A stretch of DNA of 63,011 nt, the filler included, from Octopus bimaculoides (Eukaryota): the NCBI RefSeq assembly GCF_001194135.2. It is 6 parts of 6 records of this genome, joined end to end, with 100 filler letters (N's around TTAATTAATTAA, not from the genome) between each part and the next. Parts side by side here need not be neighbours in the genome. Positions count along the whole stretch, not along the records: positions 40,853 to 60,922 come from NC_068987.1; positions 61,023 to 63,011 come from NW_026378439.1; 4 more parts are not named here. One strand, given 5' to 3'. The position numbers and the translations under genes were made by a program. The first letter of the stretch is position 1. Each line of letters starts with the position of its first letter. Below, in pieces: positions 51,653 through 63,011 of this stretch. The notes under the pieces were generated by a model that saw only the letters and a program-made list of their open reading frames with translations, was not told the DNA's origin and searched no databases.

Positions 51653-52102
51653 TTATTTGACTTTTGCTTTGTATTTGTATAAAGTTGGCTCCAAGTCTCA
51701 CCCAGGGACCTCAAGAGACAAGTTAGAAGTTCATGTTGGTGTTATGCCTAGATATCATATACTTGGCTTCGCACGTAGTATTGTTCTAGAGAATATTTAA
51801 GAAAAACTTAAGAAAATTATGAGTTTGCTTTAAAATTTAAGATTACATAGACAATATTTTACGTAGGATATGGGCAGTTCTCATGAGCACTATCTTTTAA
51901 ATTTCTGCCATTTTGTGGGTTTCCTGGTATCTGAGCTCGGTAGGAATCAGCCCATTTTTCTATCATTCCTAGGGCACCTATGACAACAGGTATTGCTTTA
52001 GTCTTGAGGTTCCACATTTTACCAATTTCTATTTCAAGATCTTTGCTTGCTCAGTTTTTGGTAGGTCTTGACAAATACATTTATATCGATTGGGACAGTC
52101 AT
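51653..52102 (-). mobile_element. RLE-type LINE 3' end, same family, inverted
   Basis: Reverse complement of 51168-51525 with a 5' extension: TVPIDIN...DLEIEIGKMWNLKTKAIPVVIGALG. Confidence 0.88.
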
Positions 52103-52120
52103 ATAATTATTATAATTATT

Positions 52121-52166
<46 letters not shown>

Positions 52167-52271
52167 GTGGTTATTATAGACGTCGTAGAGTATACAATAT
52201 CGTGAGGTTGTTGATTGAAGATATTTGTACTGTTTCTCAAGTCACAACAAAGACCTCAGACAGACAGTACA

Positions 52272-52421
52272 TTACGCAATATGCCTTTACGCAATATGCC
52301 TTTACGCAATATGCCTTTACGCAATATGCCTTTACGCAATATGCCTTTACGCAATATGCCTTTACGCAATATGCCTTTACGCAATATGCCTTTACGCAAT
52401 ATGCCTTTACGCAATATGCCT
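52272..52421. repeat. Perfect 15-bp minisatellite, ten copies
   Basis: (ttacgcaatatgcct)10 with no mismatches. Confidence 0.97.
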
Positions 52422-52512
52422 TCCCCTTTTCGTCCATTATATTTTCCAGTGTATTTTGGTACCAAGCACCCGTAACATCATATCCTTACTTACAGCATAG
52501 TAGCCAGTGGAG
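52422..52512 (-). mobile_element. Short RLE-type LINE fragment
   Basis: LHWLLCCK*GYDVTGAWYQNTLENIMDEKG resembles the segment after the zinc knuckle. Confidence 0.5.
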
Positions 52513-52514
52513 GT

Positions 52515-52700
52515 TTATTACCTCTGCCTTAGCGAAGGCGGATGTATTGTTTTCAGTCGTATTTGTTTATTTGTTTATTTGTTTGTCCGTGGATGGATTC
52601 GGATAAAACTTTCAGGGGTGTTTGGCCTCATGACTGGCACGAACTGATTAGATTTTGGGATCGATCCGGTAGCGAGCAACGATTCTGGATTATTTTTTAA
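52515..52700 (+). mobile_element. Helentron-like non-autonomous element, 5' part
   Basis: ttattacctctgccttagcgaaggcgg hairpin, (TTTA/G)n, aaactttcagg; related to the 2964 copy. Confidence 0.5.
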
Positions 52701-53074
52701 ATATTTTATTTACATGTATATGTAAAGTTTCACATAGTTCCCTTGTACACGCACACGCATACACACATATACTCACACATTTTCAGCGTTGAACATTATC
52801 ATCTCAATTCCATTGTACACACGCACACACACATACACACACGTGCGCGCGCGCGCACAAACATACCTCTCGTTTACACACACATATACTCACGCATCAA
52901 ACGCCGTTTATCGGCTTTTTCACTTCTTTTTTCGTTATTCACTTCCTTTCTCATTCATACGACGCAGTTTTTGCCATTTATCTCCTCTACTTTCACCTCT
53001 CACTCCGGCTCTATTTTATTTATATATGCATATGTATCTAAGCTTGATTTTGATGGGTATGATGAAAATGTCAG

Positions 53075-54360
53075 CTGCTCACAGCTAGCATACTAAGGTG
53101 ACACTTGTTTACTGATCATGCTTCAAGAACTCTGCGAAGGACTATTGCAATTCCAAGCAATGGTGATTTTTATAGGTGTTCTATCTTTACACCCGTTCCA
53201 ATCTTTTTGAGCCACGTTAGTAGTTGGATACTGATGCTCCCAAGTGCACCAATTGCTACTGGCATTACGCTCACTTTTTTCATTGCCCACAACCTGCGTA
53301 TTTCCTTTCTTCTTCTTTCTCTTCAATCATGCTGTCACCAGGACTTGCTATATCAGTTAACAGGCATGTTTTTTTTTCTTTTTTGTTCACTACAGCAATG
53401 TCAGATCTCCGATGTTTAATCTGGCGGTTACACTGAATCATTCTTCGATTTCGTCATACGACGTCTTTGATGTTTATAGCCCATAATTTCCACAAAGCTC
53501 CCATTGGATTCTTCTTGTTACATTGTCATGTCTCCTTTTGTATTCACTCTGTGCCAATTTCGGGCATTCACAAACAATGTGCTACACTTTCATTCCTCTC
53601 ACCAGACATTCTGCAATTTGTCGTTCTCAGTTGTTTATAGGTAGTGGGTAACGATTTTCTTCACTACTTCAGGGAGTGACGACCCTCCCTGACATAAATC
53701 CCGGGCTCAGCTGGTTCCAGCCGACAGTACCCGCTATGGGCCCCTATCCATGGTTACGGAAAGGAGAAACCTTCAAAGAAATCCGGAGTGGAGCCCCGTA
53801 GGCGGTTTAGTGTTCGACTCGACGTTCTTCCGGCAGCTCCTGCAACCATGCTGGTGCCAAACGTAATGTTCTGCACTTCTTTGGACTACTCTCTCTCAGC
53901 AAGGTCGAGAGAGGAATCCTGACGATTGGGCTGACCAGGATTTTCTTACATCTAGCCCAGGCCTGCGTAAAACTGGAGTAAAAACCAGATATGCGCAACT
54001 CCATTGTCTCCCGAGACAAAAGGATGCCAACAACAATTGTTTTATTAATCCTACACTTCACATAATTCGTTCTCAATACTTGCTCCCGTGCCGCGTATAT
54101 ATTTGCTTCTGTTTCTATTTTCAAGTCACTCCACCATATCCAAAACCATCGGTCTTCTGTATATGTCTTTGTACACGTATCTTTTGCAAACTGGCGGTAC
54201 ATTTTTTCCTTTCAATGCCATTTCTTTTTACATGCTTTTTTTCTCTTCAAATTTCTCTTTCTCAACAGTTTTGATGATTCCAGACGTCTTCACATGCATC
54301 TACAATGGTTCCACAGCATTTTTTACATACTACCCTAAGATTCAGGCCTTGTGCCTGTAT
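53075..54360 (-). mobile_element. RLE-type LINE 3' third, interrupted by an insert
   Basis: LKIETEANIYAAREQVLRTNYVK, CRMSGERNESVAH.VCECPKLAQSEYKRRHDNV and VMPVAIGALG...LLGIAIVLRRVLEA*. Confidence 0.88.
53641..54030 (+). mobile_element. About 390-bp non-autonomous retroelement inside the RLE LINE
   Basis: GC-richer block with an (AAC)n end and an imperfect ttgttt(t)at duplication on both sides. Removing it rejoins the LINE frame (RIdKT-TENDK). Confidence 0.65.
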
Positions 54361-54361
54361 T

Positions 54362-54840
54362 GGAAAGATTTTTTTTTCCTCTTTACCACAGGTCTTGTTG
54401 CCGCTCCTGGAGTTTACATGAGTAGCGGGATTACTGCCTGCAGCCTCCGGTTCCATGGTATTCGCTCTTTTCAGCTATCTAATACTTTCCTGCCAAGGAG
54501 GCAAACCTTTTGTAACAGTTCTACTAGGCACTCTATCCTAATTTCCTTTATATTCCTCTTGATGCCTTCTGATAATGTTCCCAAGGACCCAACAATAATT
54601 GGCACTATCGTCACCTTCTTCATTTTCCATAGCCGGACTATTTCGTACTTAGGAGGGTTGTATCTATTTATCTTTTCGCCTTTCGACGACCGACTATTCG
54701 TGGGTCAAAGTGGAATGCAACATCAACTATATAGCATATGTGGTGCACCTTGCCCTCAACCACTAGGTCCGGTCTGTTATGATCTAGCACCTGATCTGTT
54801 TGGATTGGGAAATCCCAGAGGATTTTGCTAGTGTCCGACT
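54362..54840 (-). mobile_element. Second RLE-type LINE 3' end with poly-A
   Basis: KILWDFPIQTDQVLDHNRPDLVV...CYIVDVAF and RLWKMKKVTIVPIIVGSLG...LLQKVCLLGRKVLDS*. Confidence 0.9.
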
Positions 54841-54844
54841 CCGC

Positions 54845-56262
54845 ACGATGGAAGAAATAAAAATTATCAGAAACTGCGTTGGCTAGAGCAAAAATGCATC
54901 TAATAAGAACTGGCAGGACAATCCACCTGAACACACCAGGGGAGGTGCAGGAAGAGACACGGAGAAGGACAATGATATGCAGAGGTATATCATTAAAAAT
55001 GCGCAAGATAGAAAGAGTCACGCAGGCTCAGGTCGAAAAATGTCTGAGATCTGTATGGAACCAAAAGTCTTATCTCACACGTGGCAATTATTACACACAC
55101 AAAAAGGGGTGCAATTACAGCTTTGGCACAGTAGAGGTGAAATCCTCAAGTGAACAACTGGCCAAAGAAAATGTCACGACAACCCTGAAGACCGAGGAAT
55201 TACATGTGACTCCCACGAAACTCCGTCGAAGAGTTGTCAAAGTGAAGGTAGCGGAGGTGCCACAAGAAATGAATATCTCCCAACTGGTTGCGGCCGTATT
55301 GTACAGTATAGAAGAGAGATGTAAAATTCTTGAAACAAAGTAACACAAAAAAGAAATACAAAACGGTACTGGGATGGAAATCTTATTGCATGCGGATTTT
55401 GCAACCGCACAACAGATCCCAGATCTGATTGCTGATGTGCAAACATGCGCCATCCCAAGCAGATCCATCCACAACAACCTCCACCTCATGTGACACATAT
55501 GTTCCGGAGAATTTTCGAGTCGGGGCCTGTGGATAATTTCAAGAAATCCTTAGCCTGGCCGTGCAACTGGGGCGCACTACCTGTTCGAGATAAGCTCTAC
55601 AGGCACAGAAGTGCAGTCAGCCGAGTTTGCCCGAGATGCGTGAAGAGCGACGAAACCGTTCTGCATGCTCTTGTCCAATCCGCGAGTATTTCTGACTTGT
55701 GGGTTTATGTTGAACACCTGTTGTCGCGTGTAGGATGAATCCATCTGTCAGCTAAGTCCATTGTGGAGATAGTCCCGCCGCCTTCCTTTGGCCATGAAAG
55801 GCAGGCCGTTTTTCTTTGCCTGGTGGCCTTAGCGAAAGAGGTTGTGTGGTGGACCAGGTTGAAAGACAGATACATTCCACTTTAGCCAAGCCCTCACCAA
55901 CTTCTTCAAATTTCACTTGAAAATGAAAGTCAGGGTGGAAATGGAAGTTCTGCTCCCCAGCAATTTTGTTAAAAGATGGGTTAATGTTGCAAGAATGGCC
56001 CGAATGAATGGGCCTACTCCAAGCATGCGACTGTAGACAAAGCGGAAAGGGATCTTATCCTGGTGGTCAGGACTGTTGTGGACTTGTGGGGTTTTCAGAG
56101 CAGTTCTAGGTCTCCTTTTTGTGGAATTTTGTTGTTATATTCAATAAATGATTTTTTTTTTTTGTTTCATTGCTTACACGACTTTCATGTAACCCCACAT
56201 TGTATTTGTCCTGTGTTGTCCATGTTTTGTCTTTTTATGTAAACCGTTTGTGGTCAATAAAG
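54845..56262 (+). mobile_element. Internally deleted Tx1/L1-like LINE
   Basis: ORF1-like segment 54880-55440, short RT piece CAIPSRSIHNNLHLM, C-terminal CPRCVKSDETVLHAL motif, 3' UTR with AATAAA then (ATC)n(ATT)n. Confidence 0.82.
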
Positions 56263-56341
<79 letters not shown>

Positions 56342-56360
56342 CATTATTATTATTATTATT

Positions 56361-56530
56361 AAGGCAGTGAGCTAGCAGAATCGTTAACCCACTGGACAAA
56401 ATACTGAGCGGAATTTTGTCTGTCTAATACGTTCTGAGTTCAGATGTCGCCGAGTTTGATTTTGCCTTTTATTCTTTCAGAGTCGATAAAATAAGTAACA
56501 GATGAGAACTGAAGTCGATGTTATCGACTA
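56361..56530 (+). mobile_element. SINE family B, 3' truncated
   Basis: aaggcagtgagctagcagaatcgtta head and central domain. Confidence 0.8.
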
Positions 56531-57318
56531 CGCAATTTCATTTTTTTTTTTTTTTTGTAGAAGACTTAATAGCTGCCTCTACTTGCAATTCCCCACTTCT
56601 CATGCCACTGGTGCTATAGAGAGAAATCATATATTTAAATTCTGACGAATATTCAACCTTTTCTTCAACGAGTATGTTTTGAGCAATATGCATTCAACCA
56701 ACGTGTTTTCAATGAATGTTCATAAATCCATGTTTTTGCACAGGTACACACACACACACACATATTTCTTTTATATGTGTGCATACTTGTATGTGTGAAC
56801 GTGTTTGTGTGTGTGTGTGTGTGGTTGTGTGTGTGTGTGGGTGCGTGCGTGCGTGCGTGCGTGCGTGTGCACACGCGTGTATAATGATGTCAAGCGCATA
56901 TAAGATATGCTATTCAATATACATGTAAAACATAGATATATAAAATGTTGATAGAAATATAAACATTTCTTTTCTAGTCGTAAGATGTCTGGTTTCATGC
57001 AAGCGTGCACTCGTCAGTGAAGCGGAAGGATGAAGTAGGCTCACAAATCTTATTTGTTCAGTTGAAAATATCTAAGTTACCAAATCTCTGCAGTATCAGA
57101 TTGGAGATTGGTATTCACCGCCTAGCACTAACCTGATCTTCCATTAAAATACTCTAATAGTTTCGGAATCGTAATTCATACTACATAACATATAAATATA
57201 AGGTGATATATATGCATATATATATATATATATACATGTTTGTGAATATATATGTCTATGTGTGTATACATGAATATATATACACATGAATATATATATA
57301 CATACATATATATATATG

Positions 57319-57353
<35 letters not shown>

Positions 57354-58619
57354 TGTTTTTGGTNNNNNNNNNNNNNNNNNNNNNNNNNNNNNNNNNNNNN
57401 NNNNNNNNNNNNNNNNNNNNNNNNNNNNNNNNNNNNNNNNNNNNNNNNNNNNNNNNNNNNNNNNNNNNNNNNNNNNNNNNNNNNNNNNNNNNNNNNNNNN
57501 NNNNNNNNNNNNNNNNNNNNNNNNNNNNNNNNNNNNNNNNNNNNNNNNNNNNNNNNNNNNNNNNNNNNNNNNNNNNNNNNNNNNNNNNNNNNNNNNNNNN
57601 NNNNNNNNNNNNNNNNNNNNNNNNNNNNNNNNNNNNNNNNNNNNNNNNNNNNNNNNNNNNNNNNNNNNNNNNNNNNNNNNNNNNNNNNNNNNNNNNNNNN
57701 NNNNNNNNNNNNNNNNNNNNNNNNNNNNNNNNNNNNNNNNNNNNNNNNNNNNNNNNNNNNNNNNNNNNNNNNNNNNNNNNNNNNNNNNNNNNNNNNNNNN
57801 NNNNNNNNNNNNNNNNNNNNNNNNNNNNNNNNNNNNNNNNNNNNNNNNNNNNNNNNNNNNNNNNNNNNNNNNNNNNNNNNNNNNNNNNNNNNNNNNNNNN
57901 NNNNNNNNNNNNNNNNNNNNNNNNNNNNNNNNNNNNNNNNNNNNNNNNNNNNNNNNNNNNNNNNNNNNNNNNNNNNNNNNNNNNNNNNNNNNNNNNNNNN
58001 NNNNNNNNNNNNNNNNNNNNNNNNNNNNNNNNNNNNNNNNNNNNNNNNNNNNNNNNNNNNNNNNNNNNNNNNNNNNNNNNNNNNNNNNNNNNNNNNNNNN
58101 NNNNNNNNNNNNNNNNNNNNNNNNNNNNNNNNNNNNNNNNNNNNNNNNNNNNNNATGATTCTATCAACTCGCTGCCTCACATTAATTTAATAATCCTTCT
58201 ACTTTTGACACAAGGCCCGAACCTTTTAGGGGAAAGGTGCTAGTCGATTACATTGATCCCTGTACTTAATCGATACTTTATTTTATCAATCCCAGAAGAG
58301 TGAAAGGCAAAGTTGACCTCAGCGTAACCCATAGCTGAGAGATGCTACTAATAGGTGCTACTACTTTGGGTCAGAGTAGACCTTGGAACAATAGTGGTCA
58401 AGAGGTAATTCTACACCCCNNNNNNNNNNGGTATGCAGGTATGCAATTGTGTTTGTGCTGTGCGTGTGTATTCATGTGTGTATGATGAACAACGAGGTTT
58501 TATCTTGAAACGAGATTAAATATTTGTTTATTAATCGTAGCGCTATGACCGTCTAAGTGTTTATTCAACATTTTTTTCTGCATCAAATCTAAGATTAATT
58601 TCATAATGCTTTCTAATTT

Positions 58620-58815
58620 AGACACAAATCAGAAAATTTATAGGGAGACGATTAGTCGATACCATATACGCCAGTGCTTTACAGGTATTTTATTTTATCG
58701 ACCTCTGAAGAATAAACGGCAAAGCTGACCTTGGCGAAGTTTGAACTCGGAAGGTAAGGAGCCAGAAGAAATGCCGCAAAGTATTTCTTCCGACACTTAT
58801 GATTCTATCAACTCG
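58620..58815 (-). mobile_element. SINE family B
   Basis: Reverse complement of the family B body: tttattttatcgacc...aaggcaaagctgaccttggcgaagtttgaactc. Confidence 0.75.
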
Positions 58816-59106
58816 CTGCCTCACATTAATTTAATAATCCTTCTACTTTTGACACAACGCCCGAACCTTTTAGGGGAAAGGTGCTAGTCGATTACATTGA
58901 TCCCTGTACTTAATCGATACTTTATTTTATCAATCCCAGAAGAGTGAAAGGCAAAGTTGACCTCAGCGTAACCCATAGCTGAGAGATGCTACTAATAGGT
59001 GCTACTACTTTGGGTCAGAGTAGACCTTGGAACAATAGTGGTCAAGAGGTAATTCTACACCCCTCGAAACCCTGACACTCCCGAATCAGTTTAAAGTCAT
59101 ACTCAG

Positions 59107-59150
59107 GATAAAGTGGACAGATATTGTGATGACGACGATAGAAGAGAAAG
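59107..59150 (+). other. Candidate small exon
   Basis: Acceptor tactcag, consensus donor AAG|GTGAGT, 44 nt, two frames open. Confidence 0.25.
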
Positions 59151-60039
59151 GTGAGTAGGATAGATACAGGTCAATACCGAACTGGTGATTACTGCGTGTT
59201 GATTGAGATCTTTCCTTTTTAGATGAAGAACGTTTTATTTTTCTGTAATCTAAAACTTGGTGGGGGGGAGATAACGTGTACATGAGCATGTGAATAAAAG
59301 TGGGAGTTGTGTGGGGGAGTGTGCAAATAACTGGTACTCTGTCAGCTTTGTGAATAAATTATTGTTATGTATAAAGTAATTGTTCAGGAATACAGTATAT
59401 TTCAGACATTGTTTTATAAACCAGCCTTTGCAAGGAAAGGTCATCATATATATATATTGTTTGGGGAAGGTTAGAGAAAGGGTTGTCGTTTTATTAATTT
59501 AGCAATGAAATATTTTTTTATGGTCTAAGTTGTAATAATATTACTTTTATTTAAAAGTGACACACATATATGATAAAATACTTATAATATATTAAGTACG
59601 GTAATAATCCATTGTAACAATAACAGCATACACGATGAAAGGTATACAATGATAATATATAATTTAATAAATTTTAATAAATTTAATAAAAGATACGACA
59701 GAACAATGCACACAATGTAATATAATACTATAGGCATATAATATATATATATAATGAAAGACTATAAAAACAATAATTACTCTGAAACAGAAAATGATGT
59801 CCATAAATATTAACGAGATGTATGGAAACTCCTAATAACTCCTTTGAATAATTTATTCTGTTTTTCTACGGTGACACAAAATACGATGTTGCGCCTTTTC
59901 TTAATGATCCTGTTATCACAACTTTAGCAAGTCCATTGAAAGAGAATTAATAAAACGCTGGTGAAAGCTAATATTACTGAAACACGTTCGGAGTTATCTC
60001 CCGTGCTTGCTGAAGTGAATAACATAATATTAGTTTCAA

Positions 60040-60240
60040 ATTTTGGCACAAGGCCAGAAATTTCGAGGGATGGGGAAGAGGCCAAGCGGATTACATCGAT
60101 CCCAGTATCAACTGGTGCTTATTTTATCGACCTCGAAAGGATGAAAGGCAAACTCGATATTGGTGGAATTTGAACTCAGAACGCGAAGATGAACGAAGTG
60201 TCGTTAAGCATTTCGCCCGTGTGCTAACGATTCCGCCAGT
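60040..60240 (-). mobile_element. SINE family B
   Basis: Reverse complement of head and body: ttttatcgacctcgaaaggatgaaaggcaaa...tgaactcagaacg...gctaacgattccgccag. Confidence 0.8.
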
Positions 60241-60612
60241 TCACTGTTTTAAATCACTACCATAACATTAATTATTGACTTCAAATTTCGCCGAGGTCGA
60301 TTTTACCTTTTATCCTTTTCAGGGTCGATAAAATAAGTACTAGTTAAGTACTAGAATCATGTAATCGTCTTACTGCCCACCCACTCCGGTATTGCTGGCC
60401 TTGTGCCAAAATTTGAAACCAATATTAATCATTGATTAATATTGACTTTTCCTTGTCATATAATTATATTTCTGGTTCGCTATTTAATGTTCACTACGTA
60501 AAGAAAAGCTTACATCTAATTTAAATGTTGTTTTTCTACAAGTAATTCATCTTTTGAAGAAATGTAAACTTTTCTACGCTGTCCAGTATGTAATATTGTA
60601 TTTACACGCTTT

Positions 60613-60922
60613 AAGGCGGCGAGCTGGCAGAAATGTTAGCACGCCGGGCGAAATTCTTAGCGGTATAACGGCTCTGTGAATTATTGTGAATACTGTTGTG
60701 TTACTTTGTGAAAACTGTCTCGGTAAATAATTGTGATTTTTGTGGAACTATTACGGTTACGTTTCACGCGAGCTGCTGCGTTTTTTTCCAGCTATGGCAA
60801 GTGGTAGTGTCTCCAGTATGGAGAGCTACGCCAAGGCCACTGCGGTGAGGAAGCCAGTGCCGCTAGAAACCAAGTTAATCAAGTTGGATATGGAGGAGGT
60901 GACCAGAAGCAGGAATTTGATA
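60613..60922 (+). mobile_element. SINE B head joined to the 5' end of a Tx1-like LINE (ORF1 start)
   Basis: aaggcggcgagctggcagaaatgttagcacgccgggcg stops at cttagcggtat (about 60667). A UTR follows, then MASGSVSSMESYAKATAVRKPVPLETKLIKLDMEEVTRSRNLI, cut by a gap. Confidence 0.6.
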
Positions 60923-61022
60923 NNNNNNNNNNNNNNNNNNNNNNNNNNNNNNNNNNNNNNNNNNNNTTAATTAATTAANNNNNNNNNNNNNNNNNNNNNN
61001 NNNNNNNNNNNNNNNNNNNNNN

Positions 61023-61067
<45 letters not shown>

Positions 61068-62474
61068 AAACTACAGTAAATATGAATGTATGTGTGTATT
61101 ATCAATGCGTGTATGTATGTATGTATGTATTTAAGTATGTATTCATGTGTATGTATGAAAGAAAATGAGAAAGAGACACAGAGAGACTCAGAGACAGGGA
61201 GAGAGAGAAACAGAGTGTGAAAAAGAAAGAAAGAGATAACGTACTCTCAGCATTATATGTTATATAAGGCCAGTAATATATTTAACAACAGCGGAAACAC
61301 TAACATGGCAACCGTGAATGTGATCCTTGTCCGTATCATTAAAACCACCTTCATTTCAATGGCCTCAGATGTGCAGAAATATCTAAATATTTCTTTGTAG
61401 ATGTCAATATTTATCTGCGTGTGGAACCGAGTGGGAGTATGTGTTGCAGTATTCTATATGTATGGAAGTGTGAGTGAGTCTGAACGTGTGAGTGAGTCTA
61501 AACATGCGCATCTGTAAGTAAACATATAAGCGCACGTACAAGTCATGGATATATATATATATATATATANNNNNNNNNNNNNNNNNNNNNNNNNNNNNNN
61601 NNNNNNNNNNNNNNNNNNNNNNNNNNNNNNNNNNNNNNNNNNNNNNNNNNNNNNNNNNNNNNNNNNNNNNNNNNNNNNNNNNNNNNNNNNNNNNNNNNNN
61701 NNNNNNNNNNNNNNNNNNNNNNNNNNNNNNNNNNNNNNNNNNNNNNNNNNNNNNNNNNNNNNNNNNNNNNNNNNNNNNNNNNNNNNNNNNNNNNNNNNNN
61801 NNNNNNNNNNNNNNNNNNNNNNNNNNNNNNNNNNNNNNNNNNNNNNNNNNNNNNNNNNNNNNNNNNNNNNNNNNNNNNNNNNNNNNNNNNNNNNNNNNNN
61901 NNNNNNNNNNNNNNNNNNNNNNNNNNNNNNNNNNNNNNNNNNNNNNNNNNNNNNNNNNNNNNNNNNNNNNNNNNNNNNNNNNNNNNNNNNNNNNNNNNNN
62001 NNNNNNNNNNNNNNNNNNNNNNNNNNNNNNNNNNNNNNNNNNNNNNNNNNNNNNNNNNNNNNNNNNNNNNNNNNNNNNNNNNNNNNNNNNNNNNNNNNNN
62101 NNNNNNNNNNNNNNNNNNNNNNNNNNNNNNNNNNNNNNNNNNNNNNNNNNNNNNNNNNNNNNNNNNNNNNNNNNNNNNNNNNNNNNNNNNNNNNNNNNNN
62201 NNNNNNNNNNNNNNNNNNNNNNNNNNNNNNNNNNNNNNNNNNNNNNNNNNNNNNNNNNNNNNNNNNNNNNNNNNNNNNNNNNNNNNNNNNNNNNNNNNNN
62301 NNNNNNNNNNNNNNNNNNNNNNNNNNNNNNNNNNNNNNNNNNNNNNNNNNNNNNNNNNNNNNNNNNNNNNNNNNNNNNNNNNNNNNNNNNNNNNNNNNNN
62401 NNNNNNNNNNNNNNNNNNNNNNNNNNNNNNNNNNNNNNNNNNNNNNNNNNNNNNNNNNNNNNNNNNNNNNNNNN

Positions 62475-62524
<50 letters not shown>

Positions 62525-63011
62525 GTTACGTCAGTGTGCTTATAAATGTGCGCCCATGTGTACGAACATCATTTTAGGTTTATTTATATTTATGATAATT
62601 TAAAGCCAATATGCATAACTAAATGATGACAAAGGTGTTGGATTCTCCGTCGACATCGACGAAGAACATTTTGTTTTTCGAACCTGTAAATTGTTGTCTA
62701 TGAAGTTAAAATATAAGTGGTTGAATATTCTGTTGTCGCATACAATCGAAACATAAGTATTAGAACAAAAATGTTTAGAACGAAATCACCAGACTGGATT
62801 TTGGATTACATGCAATCCAGAGAGAAATAAAATGAAGAATCGACACTTGTCCTTATTTTGTTCTACCGAGCTTTCGACCTGTTGCTAGATCAAAAGGGGC
62901 ATATCATAAATAGTATAAATAGTACACACATGTGCTCACCCACATATTTGTAAGAACATATGTGGATGTATGTATGTACCCAAGATATCAAGTAGTGTGA
63001 CCAGACTTCAG

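Noticed and set aside
58154-59063. Near-identical direct duplication of about 250 bp (58154-58399 and 58799-59063)
   Set aside because: The first copy is bounded by gaps on both sides and shows one difference by eye; most likely a contig-end overlap artefact.
29189-62603. Long ORFs of X, YI, CV, HT, poly-I or poly-N in the track
   Set aside because: They are translations of N gaps and microsatellites.

Overview
AT-rich animal genomic DNA, very rich in microsatellites and broken by many assembly gaps. The SINE and MITE content suggests a cephalopod, probably Octopus (inference). Most of the window is intronic or intergenic sequence full of tRNA-derived SINEs, MITEs, and decayed LINEs (RTE, Tx1/L1, RLE-type) plus one Penelope-like RT fragment. 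Host coding content is small: three phase-compatible + strand exons (30683-30739, 31930-32005, 32760-33229/33235) whose product resembles the C-terminus of a TRPC-like channel, plus weaker candidate exons. The best leads are two unrelated inverted-repeat elements carrying minimal type I hammerhead ribozymes. One (20945-21173) has an intact core. The other (37431-37766) has a tRNA-derived Pol III head, i.e. a candidate SINE/retrozyme dependent on Penelope-like elements. Also present are a complete 2-kb Mutator-like element with a perfect 9-bp TSD, a nest of RLE LINEs forming a long hairpin, a 28S rRNA fragment and a 460-bp foldback. All calls come from reading the sequence by eye. No database search or folding program was run, family names come from recalled motifs, and most repeat boundaries are approximate.
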